The notes: a model not told the origin generated them from the sequence alone. 64,000 nucleotides of DNA from Octopus sinensis (GCF_006345805.1 NC_042998.1:15996001-16060000); one strand, 5' to 3'. Positions 26,553 to 40,231 are shown, counted from the stretch's first letter. Made by a program: numbers and translations.

Positions 26553-26882
26553 GGACCCCCTTCGGTCATGATTGACCAAAGGATTGCATCTAGGAAGTTT
26601 CTTTGCAAGGTACACTTTAACTCTGGGCAAATTTGTTTCTAGAGGTCCAACAGTTACCTTTGCATACCGGTCTCTCCTCTTCACGCCACCAATGTTTTCC
26701 AAAGGAAAGTAAAAGGCCGATACAGCTGTATAACAGTGACGTCGCAACTCAGTTTTCATGTGAGTAAAATGAGGCAACGTGAAATAAAGTGTCTCATTCA
26801 AGAACACAGCCCATAGCTCGGTCCGACAATAGAACTCTCTAACCCATATTTGTGATTCCGTTGCTCTAACCACTGAGCCGTG
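26553..26882 (-). mobile_element. Degenerate tRNA-derived SINE with RTE-like tail
   Basis: Minus strand CGGCTCAGTGGTTAGAG head, central CACTTTATTTCACGTTGC, tail ...GTCAATCATGACCGAAGGGGGTCC. Confidence 0.6.
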
Positions 26883-27135
26883 TGTGTGTGTGTGTGTATT
26901 TGTATTTGTATGTGTGAGTGTGAGTGTGTGTGCATGTATGCATGCGTGTGTGGCTGTGTAATGGGTGTCGGATTTGTTCAGATTCGCGTCCGCATAATCC
27001 ATGTTCGCCTTCGGCCATTACAATGTGTAACCTCCCCTAATGAAATGGAAGTGTAGAACTGAATCCTCACCGGTTATTTTCTCCTTCATTGCCCACGATG
27101 ACATAGCAGAGCAATAAAAATGTTGTTTATATGTC

Positions 27136-27360
27136 AGCGAGCTGGCAGAATTGTTAGCACAGGCGAAATGCTTTAGCGGTATTTCGTCAGCCGTTACGTT
27201 CTGAGTTCAAATTCCGCCGAGGTCCACTTTGCCTATCATCCTTTCGTGGTCGATTAAATAAGTACCAGTTATGCGCTGGTGTCGATATAATAGACTTAAT
27301 CCGTTTGTCCTTTTTGTACTCTCTGTGTTTAGCCCCTTGTGGGTAGTAAAGAAATAGGTA
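27136..27360 (+). mobile_element. SINE family A
   Basis: Matches the other family A copies. Confidence 0.85.
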
Positions 27361-28078
27361 AATATGTCTATTTTGGTTAAACTATTTGAAATATTGTGTA
27401 GTACAGTGTGTTATATGAACAGAAAACACATTTACCAGTCATTTATACGTGTGCGTATGAGTTTGTATGTGGAAACGCGTACGTATATATGTATAACTTG
27501 CATTCACACATGACACAAAGGGGAAGAAAACAGCAAGCGATATATGTGTTTTGCGCTCAACAAGACACAATATTGTTGTCTTTCTTTACGTCAAAATTAC
27601 ACAAAAGCAATAATTGTGATCTCAGAAACTTATAATCTTCGACGCAATTTTTCGCAAATTCCGGTATTAAACAAATAAAAAATAAGGAAATAAAATAAGC
27701 CTGAATTCATTGGAGCTGTTAACGAGGCCGCTGCCTTAATTGCCCGACAGGTCATTGGTGCTAAGATCATTTCATGACCAAGCACTTTTAATTATATCTG
27801 ACTCACTTCACATAGCTGTAAATAGGTATCATAGGAATACTTTATAATTAAACATATATTCATTAGAGTGCATTGCTCTTTTACGTCTCTACTGGGTTCG
27901 TGTTAGGATTGCAATTATTTCTATAGCAAGCACGCGAGAGGAGGAGATGTCATGGCTGAACTCCCATTTGTATAGCTTTGTCTGGATGATGGTGGGATAG
28001 ACCATGACGTTCACTGGTTCGCAGAGTTTGATGATATCAACGTTCTCGTTTCATTTAACATATGTGTGTGTGTACGTG

Positions 28079-28111
<33 letters not shown>

Positions 28112-28113
28112 TA

Positions 28114-28146
<33 letters not shown>

Positions 28147-29018
28147 CACGTACATGCCTTCATGAATCATATAGGGGAGGTGTTTAGTCTATAGATTTTA
28201 CACCTTTACTGGAAGGTTAAAAATAAATTCTATGCGCACAGTAGAGGTGACCGAGAAGGCTATAGAGGAACGTGTAACATTCGAAGCTATATACGCTTTC
28301 CTAGATCAGGGGATGGAATACTCTTTCTAGTAGCGAGAGAAGATACAGAGATAGATAGACAGATAGATATATAGATAGAGAGAGATAGAAGAGAGAGGAG
28401 ATGAAGAAAGAAGAAAGAGAGAAGAAAAGAAGAGATAGGTAGGGACAGATCAATTTCAATATTAATTTTCTGTTGCTTGAATAATTTTTTGACGCGGCTC
28501 CGGAAGAAGTTAATGGCAAACTTATGCTGACTCTTTCGCCACAACTTTCTCTCTTTCCCCTTGATTCTTGCAGCTCAGCTCACCTGCAACGCACTGGCGT
28601 CTCGTCCAGGTGGGGAACATATATACCAAGGAAACTGGGAAAGCGGCCCTATGAGCCAAGCATGGCTTGAGAAGGAATAAACTAAAAAATAGAATTGTTT
28701 GGTATACACCGAAGTTTTCTAATTTACAGTCTTAAACTTTTCGTACATTTATCAAGACCATTATTGTTGCGTAATAGTGAAAACAATTAGCTACGCTATT
28801 GGATGTATATATGCAGTATACAAAGCTGTAAACAACACAAAGTGAGTTCATAAAAAGGTAAAACATGTTTTAATTTATTATACAAACACAAGAAATAACA
28901 ATTTTAATTAATAATATACGAGCATGTTTGAAGAAAGAAACATTTGTTGGCAGAGTAGGAGAAACGAAATCATGAGGTGGAGAAAACAAACCTCAGAAGA
29001 TATTACCAATAGATTTGT

Positions 29019-29055
<37 letters not shown>

Positions 29056-29490
29056 AAATCTAATAAAGCTGAAATGAAGAAGCATTATCCTTTTAAAAAG
29101 AAAAAAAAAAGCGAAAATATTGCGCAAGTAGTAACTAATAAATAATGAAGTTAACATGAAAGAATAAAAGAACATCATATTCATTCGATTTTCAAAATAA
29201 ACAAGCCATTAAATCATCAAAAACGTATTTGACAGTATTCAAGAACAGTGAATGAAATATTATTTAAACTTCACCTTTACTAAGAGAAATTACTATCTAA
29301 TTAACAGGTCGCTTCATGCTAAACATAATTTACTATGTATTGTACAGAGTATTCAAAGCCCATCCTTTAACTATATATATTATGTTTAAATGACATAATA
29401 TTCAAATATTTTATCAACAAATTCGTTCAGATATTTCGGCAATGTTGCAACGTTCTGTAGAATGATTTATTGGCGTTATCATTATCATTA

Positions 29491-30299
29491 CTAGCAGTAT
29501 AGCCCGGCATTGCTCGGGTTTGTTTTCTTTTCAACCCCTTAGAAATGGAATTTTCAAAAGTAAAAATTTTGCATTTTGTAGCTTGTTATTCTCTTTAAAT
29601 GAACATTTTTCTGGTTGAAATACACCGACCACTGGCGACACAGCAGTCGAAATATCGTAAAAAATAGGGATTGTCATAGAGAAAAAAAGCACCTTTTTGA
29701 TGTAAATAATTTTTGGTCTTAACATGGTTCGATTTGAATTTTTTCTTCTACGAAATGAAGAGCAAGCCTTCTTCAATCATTCTCTCAATTTTTGTCAACT
29801 TGCGCCGCAGGGTCTCGGAGGAGATAGTGTTAGTTGAAAGTTACCAAACCTGCCACACACATACACACACACAGAGACAAATTCAGCTTTATATATGGAT
29901 GGAAGCAGTCCGTCGGTTACGACGACGAGGGTTCCGGTTGATCCGATCAACGGAACAGCCTGCTCGTGGAATTAACGTGCAAGTGGCTGAGCACTCCACA
30001 GATACGTGTACCCTTAACGTAGTTCCGGGGGATATTCAGCGTGACACAGAGAGTGACAAGGCCGGGCCTTTGAAATACAGGTACAACAGAAACAAGAAGT
30101 AAGAGTGAGAGAAAGTTGTGGTGAAAGAGTACAGCAGGGATCACCACCATCCCCTGCCGGAGCCTCGTGGAGCTTTAGGTGTTTTCGCTCAATAAACACT
30201 CACAACGCCCGGTCTGGGAATCGAAACCGCGATCCTACGACCGAGTGTCCGCTGCCCTAACCACTGGGCCATTGCGCCTCCACTTATATATATAATAGA
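29491..30299 (-). mobile_element. Non-autonomous Helitron (with nested SINE)
   Basis: Minus strand starts A|TCTATTATATATA and ends with hairpin CCCGAGCAATGCCGGG plus CTAG|T. No TSD. Confidence 0.75.
29899..30283 (-). mobile_element. tRNA-derived SINE family C (resembles octopus OR-type SINEs), nested in the Helitron
   Basis: Head GGAGGCGCAATGGCCCAGTGGTTAGGGCAGCGGAC..GTTTCGATTCC. Near-identical to 31852-32237. Confidence 0.9.
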
Positions 30300-30304
30300 T
30301 TAAG

Positions 30305-31459
30305 AAAGCGACAGGATGGCAGAATCGTTATCACGCCAGGCGAAATGCTTAGAGTTCAAATTCCCCCGGGTTCGAGTAAAATTTCATGTGTTGTGCTTAT
30401 ACTAGAAATGATCAGTTTCATTATTCAGCTGGCAGAATAGTTAGCACGTTAGACGAAACGCTTAGCTGTATTTCGCCCGTTCAAATTTCAAATTCTGCCG
30501 GGATCGACTTTGTCTTTTATCCTTCCGTGTTCCATAAAATAAGCACCAGTTAGGCACTAAGGTCGATGCAATCGACTATCCCCCTCCCCAGAATTTCAGG
30601 CCTTGTCCCTACTGTAAAAAAGATTATTACTATTTAGGTGGCGAGCTGGCAGAATTGTTAGCACGCTGGACGAAAAACTTAGCGGTTTTTCGCCCGTCGC
30701 AACGTTCTGAGTTCAAATACCGGTGAGATGGAAATTGCCTTTTATCTTTTCGCTGTCGACAAAATAAGTTAAGTCGAACTTTGCGGAATTTGAACGTAAA
30801 AACGATCGCTAAGCATCTCACCCGGCGTGCAAACGATTCTAGTAGCTCTCCACCTTGATAATAATGGTAATAATAATTCTTTCTACTATCGATACAAGGC
30901 CCGAAATTTGAGGGGAGGAGACAAGTTTCTTACATCGACCCCAGTTTTCAATTGGTACTTTATTTATCGACCCGGAAAGGATGAAAGGCAAACTCGACCA
31001 AGGTGGAACTTCAACTCAGGTCATTGAAGCAGACAAAATACCTATTTCTTTACTACCCACAAGGGGCTAAACACAGAGGGGAAGAACAAGGACAGACAAA
31101 CGAATTAAGTCGATTCCATCGACCCCAGTGCGTAAATGGTACTTAATTTATCGACCCCGAAAGGATGAAAGGCAAAGTCGACCTCGGCGGAATTTGAACT
31201 CAGAACATAAAGACAGACGGAATACCTATTTCTCTGTTACCCATAAGGGGCTAAACACAGAGAGGACAAACAAGGACAGACATAGGTATTAAGTCGCTTA
31301 CATCGACCCCAGTGTGTAACTGGTACTTAATTTATCAACCCCGAAAGGATGAAAGGCAAAGTCGACCTCGGCGGAATTTGAACTCAGAACGCAACTGCGG
31401 ACGAAATACCGCTAAGCATTTCGACCGGCGTGCTAACGTTTCTGCCAGCTCGCCGCCTT
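30305..31459. mobile_element. Cluster of SINE family A copies (degenerate + copies at 30305-30760; - copies at 30770-31459 with tandem 3' units)
   Basis: Repeated GGCAGAA..GTTAGCACG heads and GAAAGGATGAAAGGCAAAGTCGAC cores. Confidence 0.85.
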
Positions 31460-31851
31460 TAATAGTAATAATAATGATAGTTCAAATATTTCTCTTTCAC
31501 AAGGTTCTTCATAAGTCGGAAATATTTACTTGAACAGTAATACTAGAGGGCGTTTCTTTTTTATTTCTCCATCAATAACTGCATCAATACACAGAAGTTG
31601 TACTTCTCCATTTGTCATTAACAGAATTAGCTGTATTATTCCACTTGCATAGATACATGTAAACGCTCTTAGGTTTTCAACAGCTTGTTTTTATATTTGG
31701 CTTTCTTAAAAGTAAAATCCTTTTTTCTCAAGATGTTCAGTGTAATTTTCTGAAAGCTTCATCTAATATACAATATGAACTTAGCTGTTTTGTGTCAGTG
31801 ACCACCCCCCCGAAAATATTTGCTTTCTGCAAATATATAAAGCTAGACGTA

Positions 31852-32237
31852 GGAGGCGCAATGGCCCAGTGGTTAGGGCAGCGGACTCGCGGTCGTAGGA
31901 TCGCGGTTTCGATTCCCAGACCGGGCGTTGTGAGTGTTTATTGAGCGAAAACACCTAAAGCTCCACGAGGCTCCGGCAGGGATGGTGGTGATCCCTGCTG
32001 TACTCTTTCACCACAACTTTCTCTCACTCTTACTTCCTGTTTCTGTTGTACCTGTATTTCAAAGGGCCGGCCTTGTCACTCTCTGTGTCACGCTGAATAT
32101 CCCCGAGAACTACGTTAAGGGTACACGTGTCTGTGGAGTGCTCAGCCACTTACACATTAATTTCACGAGCAGGCTGTTCCGTTGATCGGATCAACCGGAA
32201 CCCTCATCGTCGTAACCGACGGAGTGCTTCCATTCCA
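31852..32237 (+). mobile_element. SINE family C, full length
   Basis: A/B boxes. TSD AAAGCTAGACGTA on both sides. Confidence 0.9.
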
Positions 32238-32747
32238 AAGCTAGACGTAACTTCTAACTTTGTAATTTTCTTTTATTTCATTATATAACATAACATAATT
32301 GAATGTGGTTTGTTTTGAATGGTAATTTTGTAGAAAATAGCAGAGGATCGCATTACTGTTTAGATGATAAAATCTATCATCAATTATTTGAATCCATAGA
32401 GTTCCCTATAATCGGTACTGGAATTATTTGATAATTATCATCAATTATTTGAATCCACAGTGTTCCCTATAGTCGGTACTGGAATGAAAACTAAATCGCT
32501 TTCCGAGCTAGGTCGCATGAAGTGGAGTCTTCCATGTTCAAATTTCTTATAGTTATGTCCCATCTGAACATAGCTTTAACATAAAGCTACAAATCAATAC
32601 AGTTGTTTTTTTTACGGTTTCGTCTCACAGCAATCATTTTGAACGAGCTTGCTTGCTAACGTCTCTAGCACGAACACATGCAAGCATTTCTCCCAGACAG
32701 GTAAGCCTAGAGGAAATTTCTTCATCTTAAGACTTGTTGAATGTGAG

Positions 32748-33222
32748 CGGTACATCATTTGTACGATGTGGAAAATATACCACCAACTTTGCCCAAACGA
32801 CCTTACATTAGCTTCAAGGCTCATCCAAGACTGGGACCACGGGCCATACGTCCCCTTCCCAATTCAAGATCACAACATACATGTACACTGCAACATAATT
32901 TCTTTTCCTCAACAGGCCCTGCCCTATTTAACATTGTCCCGAGGAAGATCAAAGAGAAAAAGGATCCCATCAACTTTAAACGGAGTCTGGATAGATCCCT
33001 TCAAAGTATACCAGATAAGCCACCCATAATTGGATACAACTCACCCAACAAGAACTCACTACTTGAACAAAACTTGATACAACTCACCCAACAAGAACTC
33101 ACTACTTGAACAAAACTTGACTTAAACAGGATTCGAATAATCCTATCAGGTGGTGCTATTAAGTTAGACATGGCCTGGACCAATCTTTGGTCGAAACATA
33201 TCTAAGTTATATAAGTTATCTA
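32748..33222 (+). mobile_element. CR1-group LINE ORF2 C-terminus plus 3'UTR
   Basis: ERYIICTMWKIYHQLCPND / HPRLGPRAIRP...GPALFNIVP...FKRSLDRSLQSIPDKP. Internal ~43-bp tandem duplication at 33033-33120. Confidence 0.75.
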
Positions 33223-34022
33223 ATCCCTTACTTGAAAATTTCCAGGAAATATTGTGAAATATTCGGTGTCGCACAAGATCGTTCCCAGATTTCCATTACT
33301 ACCAGTCAATGTAAGCATTTATGTATAGTTATAGAAATAATTGTCTTTCGACTGGCTGCATTTTCTAACTTACTGCAATAAACTTCAAGCGAAATACCAG
33401 TCTCTAAACAGCCACTCTGGTCTGCATCACACCAGCTGTGTAGAATAAATTCAATAAATACACAAATAAAAACAGAAGAACTATCCAGGGCTATATAAGT
33501 GCCGCCTCTTTGAACAATAGGTAATGATACAAATATCAATTACTGAAATAAAAACGGAAGATTTCAACGAAACATTAGAAAATTTATATTTACAAAAGAA
33601 TTAACATTTAGGTTTCATCTCCTAATGCAGCAATGTGAGCTGAGTTAAGAGACATCGCATTCAGTACAAACAAAGCATACCATACATGACAATGGGCGAC
33701 AGTAATCAGGAAAGCAATATTGATTTCTAACGCAGTTTCAGGGCTTCAGATGAAAACAATATTAACACCTATTCCTGAACTGCAAAGACTAAGTACATAC
33801 AACAGTTACCCTAATGGGAATTGCTTCGCATTGTAATATCAACACAGGTTAACATATATGGGCGGCTTAATATAACGACACGGATGAAAGATATGTGCAT
33901 ACACACATACATGTATGCATGCATACATTAATGTGTGTGTATGTATGTATGTGTATATACTTGCGCAGGCATGAATATTCATACTTCTATTTACATACAT
34001 GTGTATATACATTTATCTTTAT

Positions 34023-34070
<48 letters not shown>

Positions 34071-34659
34071 CATACACACGTATTTTTTTCCATATTTCCC
34101 GTCTTGTTGTTTTGTTCATTATACATCGGGTTGTGCTTTACCGATTCCTCTAGCATATCGATTTTACAATTAGAAAGGTCCATATTTTACATTTCTAGGG
34201 GGGGGGGAAATGTCGAAGATGGTGGCAAGTACTAATGTCCCATGTGGCAAGTTTGAAAATTACGGAGAGATCGTCTCTGGCATGAAATCAATGGAGCCAT
34301 GGCAGCCCACAAACAGAAAAAGATTTATATATATAAAACGAGATAATCTTGATCGCTAACTTAAAGTAAAAGTAGAGTATAACACAGAATATTGCGTTAT
34401 TTGCCATCAGGGTGCATAAAGGAACTAGTAATTATATCGCTGACGATCGAGAAATGCTTGCTACGGCCGCCAAGTACGTGAGTTCATTATTTGTTATGTG
34501 GGTTCACTGGAAGGTGTCTAGGAGATAGAATCTCAATGTTTATGAACACGCTGGCGTAGCAGATAGCCAGTGACCTTATTAAAAAGATTTATAGCAGCGA
34601 CAGAATCACTATTTATACCAAAAGGTAATCTTGACTTCCAGCTTAACCCAGAGGTTTTG

Positions 34660-34715
<56 letters not shown>

Positions 34716-35057
34716 TCAGGATGAATACTTGATAACTGTAAGCAACTGTATATGCCAGTTAGTGGTGTAGGTGATAGGATATATTTATCAAAAGAAAAAC
34801 AGGATGCAGAGGATTTAGCGGTACATATGTTTCTGGCTTTATTGGACAATTTATATCAATGCATAATTGAAATAACATGTATGTCAATAGCCTTCTTCAG
34901 CCGCGTACAATTACCACACCAAAGACATGTATTACATTATAGCAGGTTTGAGAAGAAGTTTGGGAAAAAGACCAGTTTCATTGGGAAGGCAAATCCTCAT
35001 AGTCGTATATGGCATAGCGAGACACTAATATATAATATATATATATATATATTATAT

Positions 35058-35091
<34 letters not shown>

Positions 35092-36580
35092 ATATATATA
35101 TATATCACCTGATTTTGTCTTGTACTCAATAATAGATTTCTCAATATTTTATATTTCGGGACGGTCACTGTTTTCTTTCCAAATAAACAAACGCACTATA
35201 CATTCTTTCTTCACTTGTTTTTCGCAATGAATAACAGAAAAGTAGGAATTTTATTCAAAAGTTCTCTGGTGACACTACTCCATAGAGTTCTATATTTAAG
35301 AGATGAGGAATTATGTACATCATTTACATTTGACGGATATTCTTCCTCATCTCTTTTGTTGTTAACAACAAATAAGATGTAATTAACATTCAATTATGAA
35401 TAATATTACGACGATTAACCCCATACAATCCTGATTATGTCTGCTTATGTTTAGGCCCAGATTTCAAACAATGAGACTTTTTACGCAGCATCTTCTGATT
35501 CACTTCAAAACTAAATTTCTACTGTTTAAAGATTCAGTATATTAGCAAGCTTTTTATACATAAAAAAACACTGTTATTATTTATTCACGATTATATCTTC
35601 CCGATTATTAATTATTCTGTAAACCATTAATTCCCATTCCATTCGCTGAGGACACCTATAACAATTATACGGCGGCGTATAACAATATTCCGCTTTCTAG
35701 GGAAAGGAGACATTGGCTCATATAGCTAGCTCTAGATTACAAAACAACTTCAGGAGTGACATTACTGGAAAGAGCTGACTTATACATATTCGATCATGCC
35801 TCAGGATCGACTTTACCGATAGCACAAGCACTGCGTATGACCGATATCATAACAATTATCACCGTCATGACAGCCTGGATTCACATTAAAATCAGATACA
35901 TCCACACCATCGTTAATTATCATTACAGACATCATAACTGTATTTGACTTATTTATTACTCTGTCTGGACGCGTCGATTATACTAAATTTCACATCAACT
36001 TCTGTAAAAATAAAAATAAAAATGAAAATTTTCCTCATTTATTATTTTTACTTTTCTTTATCATAAAGTAATAAAGAAGACATTTATAAGGACACAGCTG
36101 TTACATCTTCCTTTCCAGATCAATAGTATTAGTGTATAGTGTATGCATTTTATTCTCGTTATTGTCTTTCTTGTGGTGTTCTAGTAATACCATTACGCTG
36201 AATTCCTATTCAGCTGGCGAGCATATAAGATCCATATGGTTAGTCATGTGAAGTCTGTTAAGTATTTCCTAGCGCCATATCATCCATTAATATTTTCTTC
36301 ACAAGTAAACCATATGCTTAAAAATAAAAAAAATTGTGGCGTATGGTATATATGCATATACAAGTATACATGCACGCACCATAACTTAAACACACGCGCT
36401 CACGTATGCACACGCATGATTATAAACATGATAATATAAAGACGCAGAGATACGTTCATTACTACATACATACACCCCTACATATCTACATACATACATA
36501 TACGCATACGTATATATGTGTTTGTGTGTGTGTATTTATATACAGGAGTGATGAATGTGAATGCCCTAGACACACAGACT

Positions 36581-36798
36581 TACTCTTTTACTCTTTTACT
36601 TGTTTCAGTCATTTGACTGCGGCCATGCTGGAGCACCGCCTTTAGTCGAGCAAATCGACCCCGGGACTTATTCTTTGGAAGCCAAGTACTTATTCTATCG
36701 GTCTCTTTTGCCGAACCGCTAAGTGACGGGGACGTAAACACACCAGCATCGGTTGTCAAGCAATGCTAGGGGGACAAATACAGACACACAACCCCCGC

Positions 36799-36847
<49 letters not shown>

Positions 36848-38014
36848 TACTACAGGCTTCTTTCAGTTTCCGTCTACCAAATCCACTCACAATGCATTGG
36901 TCGGCCCGGGGCTATAGCAGAAGACACTTGCCCAAGGTGCCACGCAGTGGGACTGAACCCGGAACCATCTGGTTGGTTAGCAAGCTACTTTATTTCAGAA
37001 CATTTGCCATAAAGGCAGTACACAGATTAAGTTAGCTTTGCGGGCTGGACGAGGACATTAATGAGGTGAATGATTATGAAAGAAGGATGATAAGGATGGG
37101 AGAAGACAAAAAGCGCCCGCCGACTTTCGCTTCTCTAAAACATTGTTCTTTTTAAGGATAAACACAAAACGAGGTATTAAACCTCTTACAATTTTTCCAA
37201 TTTTGGGACTTAGCAGTCCATTATTAATACAAAACGAGGTATTAATCCTCTTACAATTTTTCAATTTTTGGACTTAAGTCCATTACTAATAATACATATC
37301 GTCCTCGAAATAGCTTGTGCCGGCGCCCTCCACCATCAACCACGCCTCCCTCAGAACGTAGTCAAGTTCCGAGTTCGCGTCGCCCGGGACCAAGTTATAA
37401 TCTTCATTGAGCTCCTTTAGCCCAAGCGTCACGTCGAACGCCACGGCCTCCACAGCTACCTGCGGAGGCCATTCGGGGTCCTGTGTGAAGGCTAAAGGTG
37501 CTCCCTTGTAGTGCTCTTCCATCACTTTTTCAATTTCTCCTCCTCTATAGAAGAGGACCAATACGTTCAGTTCTTTCGTTGGCGGCACAGTTTCCGCCAA
37601 CGGTATTCCTTCTCTTGTCGGTGGCACAACCCCAACCGACGTAGTTCCGGGACATTCCGGTGCTACACTGACAGCCGGTAATGTCCCGTTTTTCTTCCAC
37701 TTTTTCTTTTTTTTTTCCCTTTTCCGAAGACGGATACCCCCCCAAAAATTTTCTCAGCGAGAAAAATATATTTGCCACATGTCGGCAGAATCAGAATTCT
37801 GAATCCAGTAGGACTTCTGCCTGTAATTCTCAACAAAAACTCCCACTGGACCCAGAACACAGAATCTTACCTTACATGGGGCTTCCAAAGTTTTCAATTC
37901 AAGACGGCTTCAATAGCACATCTTCACCGCTTCAGTGCCAAACACAACACCGACTCGCACATGCGCAGAAGCAACCGTTAGCAAGCTACTTACCACACAG
38001 CCACTCCTGCGCCT
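36581..38014 (-). mobile_element. SINE family B split by a 986-bp insertion
   Basis: SINE body at 36581-36990 resumes exactly at 37977-38014. Confidence 0.9.
36991..37976 (-). mobile_element. Unclassified TSD-flanked retroposed insert with an ORF (37286-37780, one in-frame TGA)
   Basis: 15-bp TSD GTTAGCAAGCTACTT at 36976-36990 and 37977-37991. GC-rich ORF, ~65-bp tandem duplication in the 3' region, terminal stem-loop plus AATAAA. Confidence 0.8.
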
Positions 38015-38108
38015 ATGAATACATAACCATTATACAAAGACGTGTATTTGTGTGTGTGTGTATTTGTGCATGAAGGTGTGTTTGTGTGCGGTTATATGTT
38101 TATCGTTG

Positions 38109-38326
38109 AAGGCGGGGAGCTGGCAGAAACGTTAGCACGCCGGGCGAAATACCTAGCAGTATTTTGTCTGCCATTACGTCCTGAGTTCAAAATGCGCCAA
38201 GATCGACTTTGCCTTTCATCCTTTCGGGTTCGATTAAATAAGTACCAGTTACGCACTGTGATCGATGTAATCGACTGGTTCCCCCGCCCCCAAAAAATTT
38301 CGAGCCTCGTGCCCAGAGTAGAAAAG
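38109..38326 (+). mobile_element. SINE family A (short-tail variant)
   Basis: TSD TATGTTTATCGTTG at 38095-38108 and 38327-38340. Confidence 0.85.
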
Positions 38327-38338
38327 TATGTTTATCGT

Positions 38339-38374
<36 letters not shown>

Positions 38375-38575
38375 ACGTTAAAGATATACTTTTCAATATA
38401 CTTTTGTATATTCCTATAGGGTATATGCTAACATATTTTATGCTAACAATTTAGATATATGCCTTGTATGTTAATACAAAAAATAGATCGCTGGATCTGA
38501 CAAGAAACCCGCACATATTCATACACATCTATACACACATGAATTCATACATATACATATGTTTATATATGTTTG

Positions 38576-38883
38576 TGGAGGCGCAATGGCCCAGTGGTTA
38601 GGGCAGTGGACTCGCGGTCGTAGGATCGCGGTTTCGATTCCCAGACAAGGCGTTGTGAGTGTTTATTGAGCGAAAACACCTAAAAGCTCCACGGGGCTCC
38701 GGCAGGGGTTGGTGATCCCTGCTGTACTCTTTCACCACAACTTTCTCTCACTCTTTCTTCTGTTGGCCTTCTCGCTTAGCCAGAGGGGTGGCGTCATTCG
38801 AAGGCTAAAACAATGCGAAGCGCATTCTGACCAGTGATATGTAGCAACATCTGATGGTGTGGTCGGTCACGTGATCACGTGAT
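38576..38883 (+). mobile_element. SINE family C head with an alternative 3' tail
   Basis: First ~185 bp match family C. The tail differs and ends TCACGTGATCACGTGA. Confidence 0.85.
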
Positions 38884-39118
38884 ATATGTTTGTATATACG
38901 CAGATATATTGATGACTATATTATGAATATATACATATGTGTGAATGTGTGTGTTTGTGCATGTGCATAATTATATAAATATTCCAAAGGTATCTTAAGA
39001 ATGGAATAAACTATCAACATGAACAACACAGTCATTGCATGTTAGGACGTATGAATGGTAGATTCTTTATACTTAACAACAAAAGCTCACTAGTGATAAG
39101 ACCATATATCTAAGTGAA

Positions 39119-39504
39119 TGGAAGCACTCCGTCGGTTACGACGACGAGGGTTCCGGTTGATCCGAATCAACGGAACAGCCTGCTCGTGAAATTAACGTGT
39201 AAGTGGCTGAGCACTCCACAGACACGTGCACTCTTAACGTAGTTCTCGGGGATATTCAGTTTGACACAGCGAGTGACAAGGCCGGCCCTTTGAAAATACA
39301 GGTACAACAGAAACAGGAAGTAAGAGTGAGAGAAAGTTGTGGTGAAAGAGTACAGCAGGGATCACCACCATCCCCTGCCGGAGCCTCGTGGAGCTTTAGG
39401 TGTTTTCGCTCAATAAACACTCATAACGCCCGGTCTGGGAATCGAAACCACGATCCTATGACGGCGAGTCCGCTGCCTTAATCACTGGGCCATTGCGCCT
39501 CCAC
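39119..39504 (-). mobile_element. SINE family C, full length
   Basis: TSD ATCTAAGTGAAT on both sides. Confidence 0.9.
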
Positions 39505-39996
39505 ATCTAAGTGAATATAAAGTCACTGAAGAGCTACGGATCGCAGATTCATTGACTAAAAGCACTCAGTAACAAATTAATCATACAAAAAAAAAACGTA
39601 GAAGTATTATATAGCATTTCGTGAAGCACATGAAGTTCAGCACACGGGGAAAATAGAAGAACGAAGGCAACTGACGAAATATTCGAAGCGTTGAGTTAGT
39701 ATGAAATAAATCATCGTGGCAGTGAGGAACAGCTTTGGGTTAAATGTATTCGATGCTTCGCCTGGAATTATAAATTATCATTATATCTAGTTAGGTTTAA
39801 CTTGAGTTTTATGTCGGGGACTTTATGTCTCTTCAATAGACCTATGCCTAACTGAAAACTGCAAATCAATACGTAGAGTTCACCGGAAAATATCGACTTG
39901 TCGATCTCGTTATTGATATTATATTAGGCAACTGGGGAAAATAAATATATTTGAACATAGAACACAACACATACACACACACCACACACATATAGT

Positions 39997-40044
39997 ATAC
40001 GCATATATATGTATATATATATACATACATATATATATATATTA

Positions 40045-40121
<77 letters not shown>

Positions 40122-40179
40122 TATATATATATAATATATATATATATATGTATGTATGTATATATATATATATTGTATA

Positions 40180-40231
<52 letters not shown>

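Larger units (their letters stand above)
9065..29140 (+). pseudogene. Decayed TRPM-like channel gene, copy B (SLOG/MHR to TRP box)
   Basis: Collinear degenerate exons: ITKSWG..SLIPLSSSTYGGAT (9065-9329, ends GTAAGT), TPELDKGDG (10107), AG|ENVEALGVTLINEMYCK (15920), SETNILQVATHENDKGILS (16442), HYNV*PPLMKWKCRT (27016), ALIARQVIGAKII (27733), SIASTREEEMSWLNSHLYSFVWMMVG (27920-27997), MFEERNICWQSRRNEIM (28924). Many stops and frameshifts. Confidence 0.55.

Noticed and set aside
27690-27850. Possible conserved non-coding enhancer-like block
   Set aside because: Reads better as the S4-region remnant of copy B, directly before the pore-like segment.
31852-31925. tRNA-like sequence with A and B boxes
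   Set aside because: It is the head of a multi-copy SINE with body, tail and TSD, not a tRNA gene. The same holds for the other SINE heads.
34100-34345. Possible second Helitron fragment
   Set aside because: Only a weak 5'-like end; no hairpin-CTAG terminus found.
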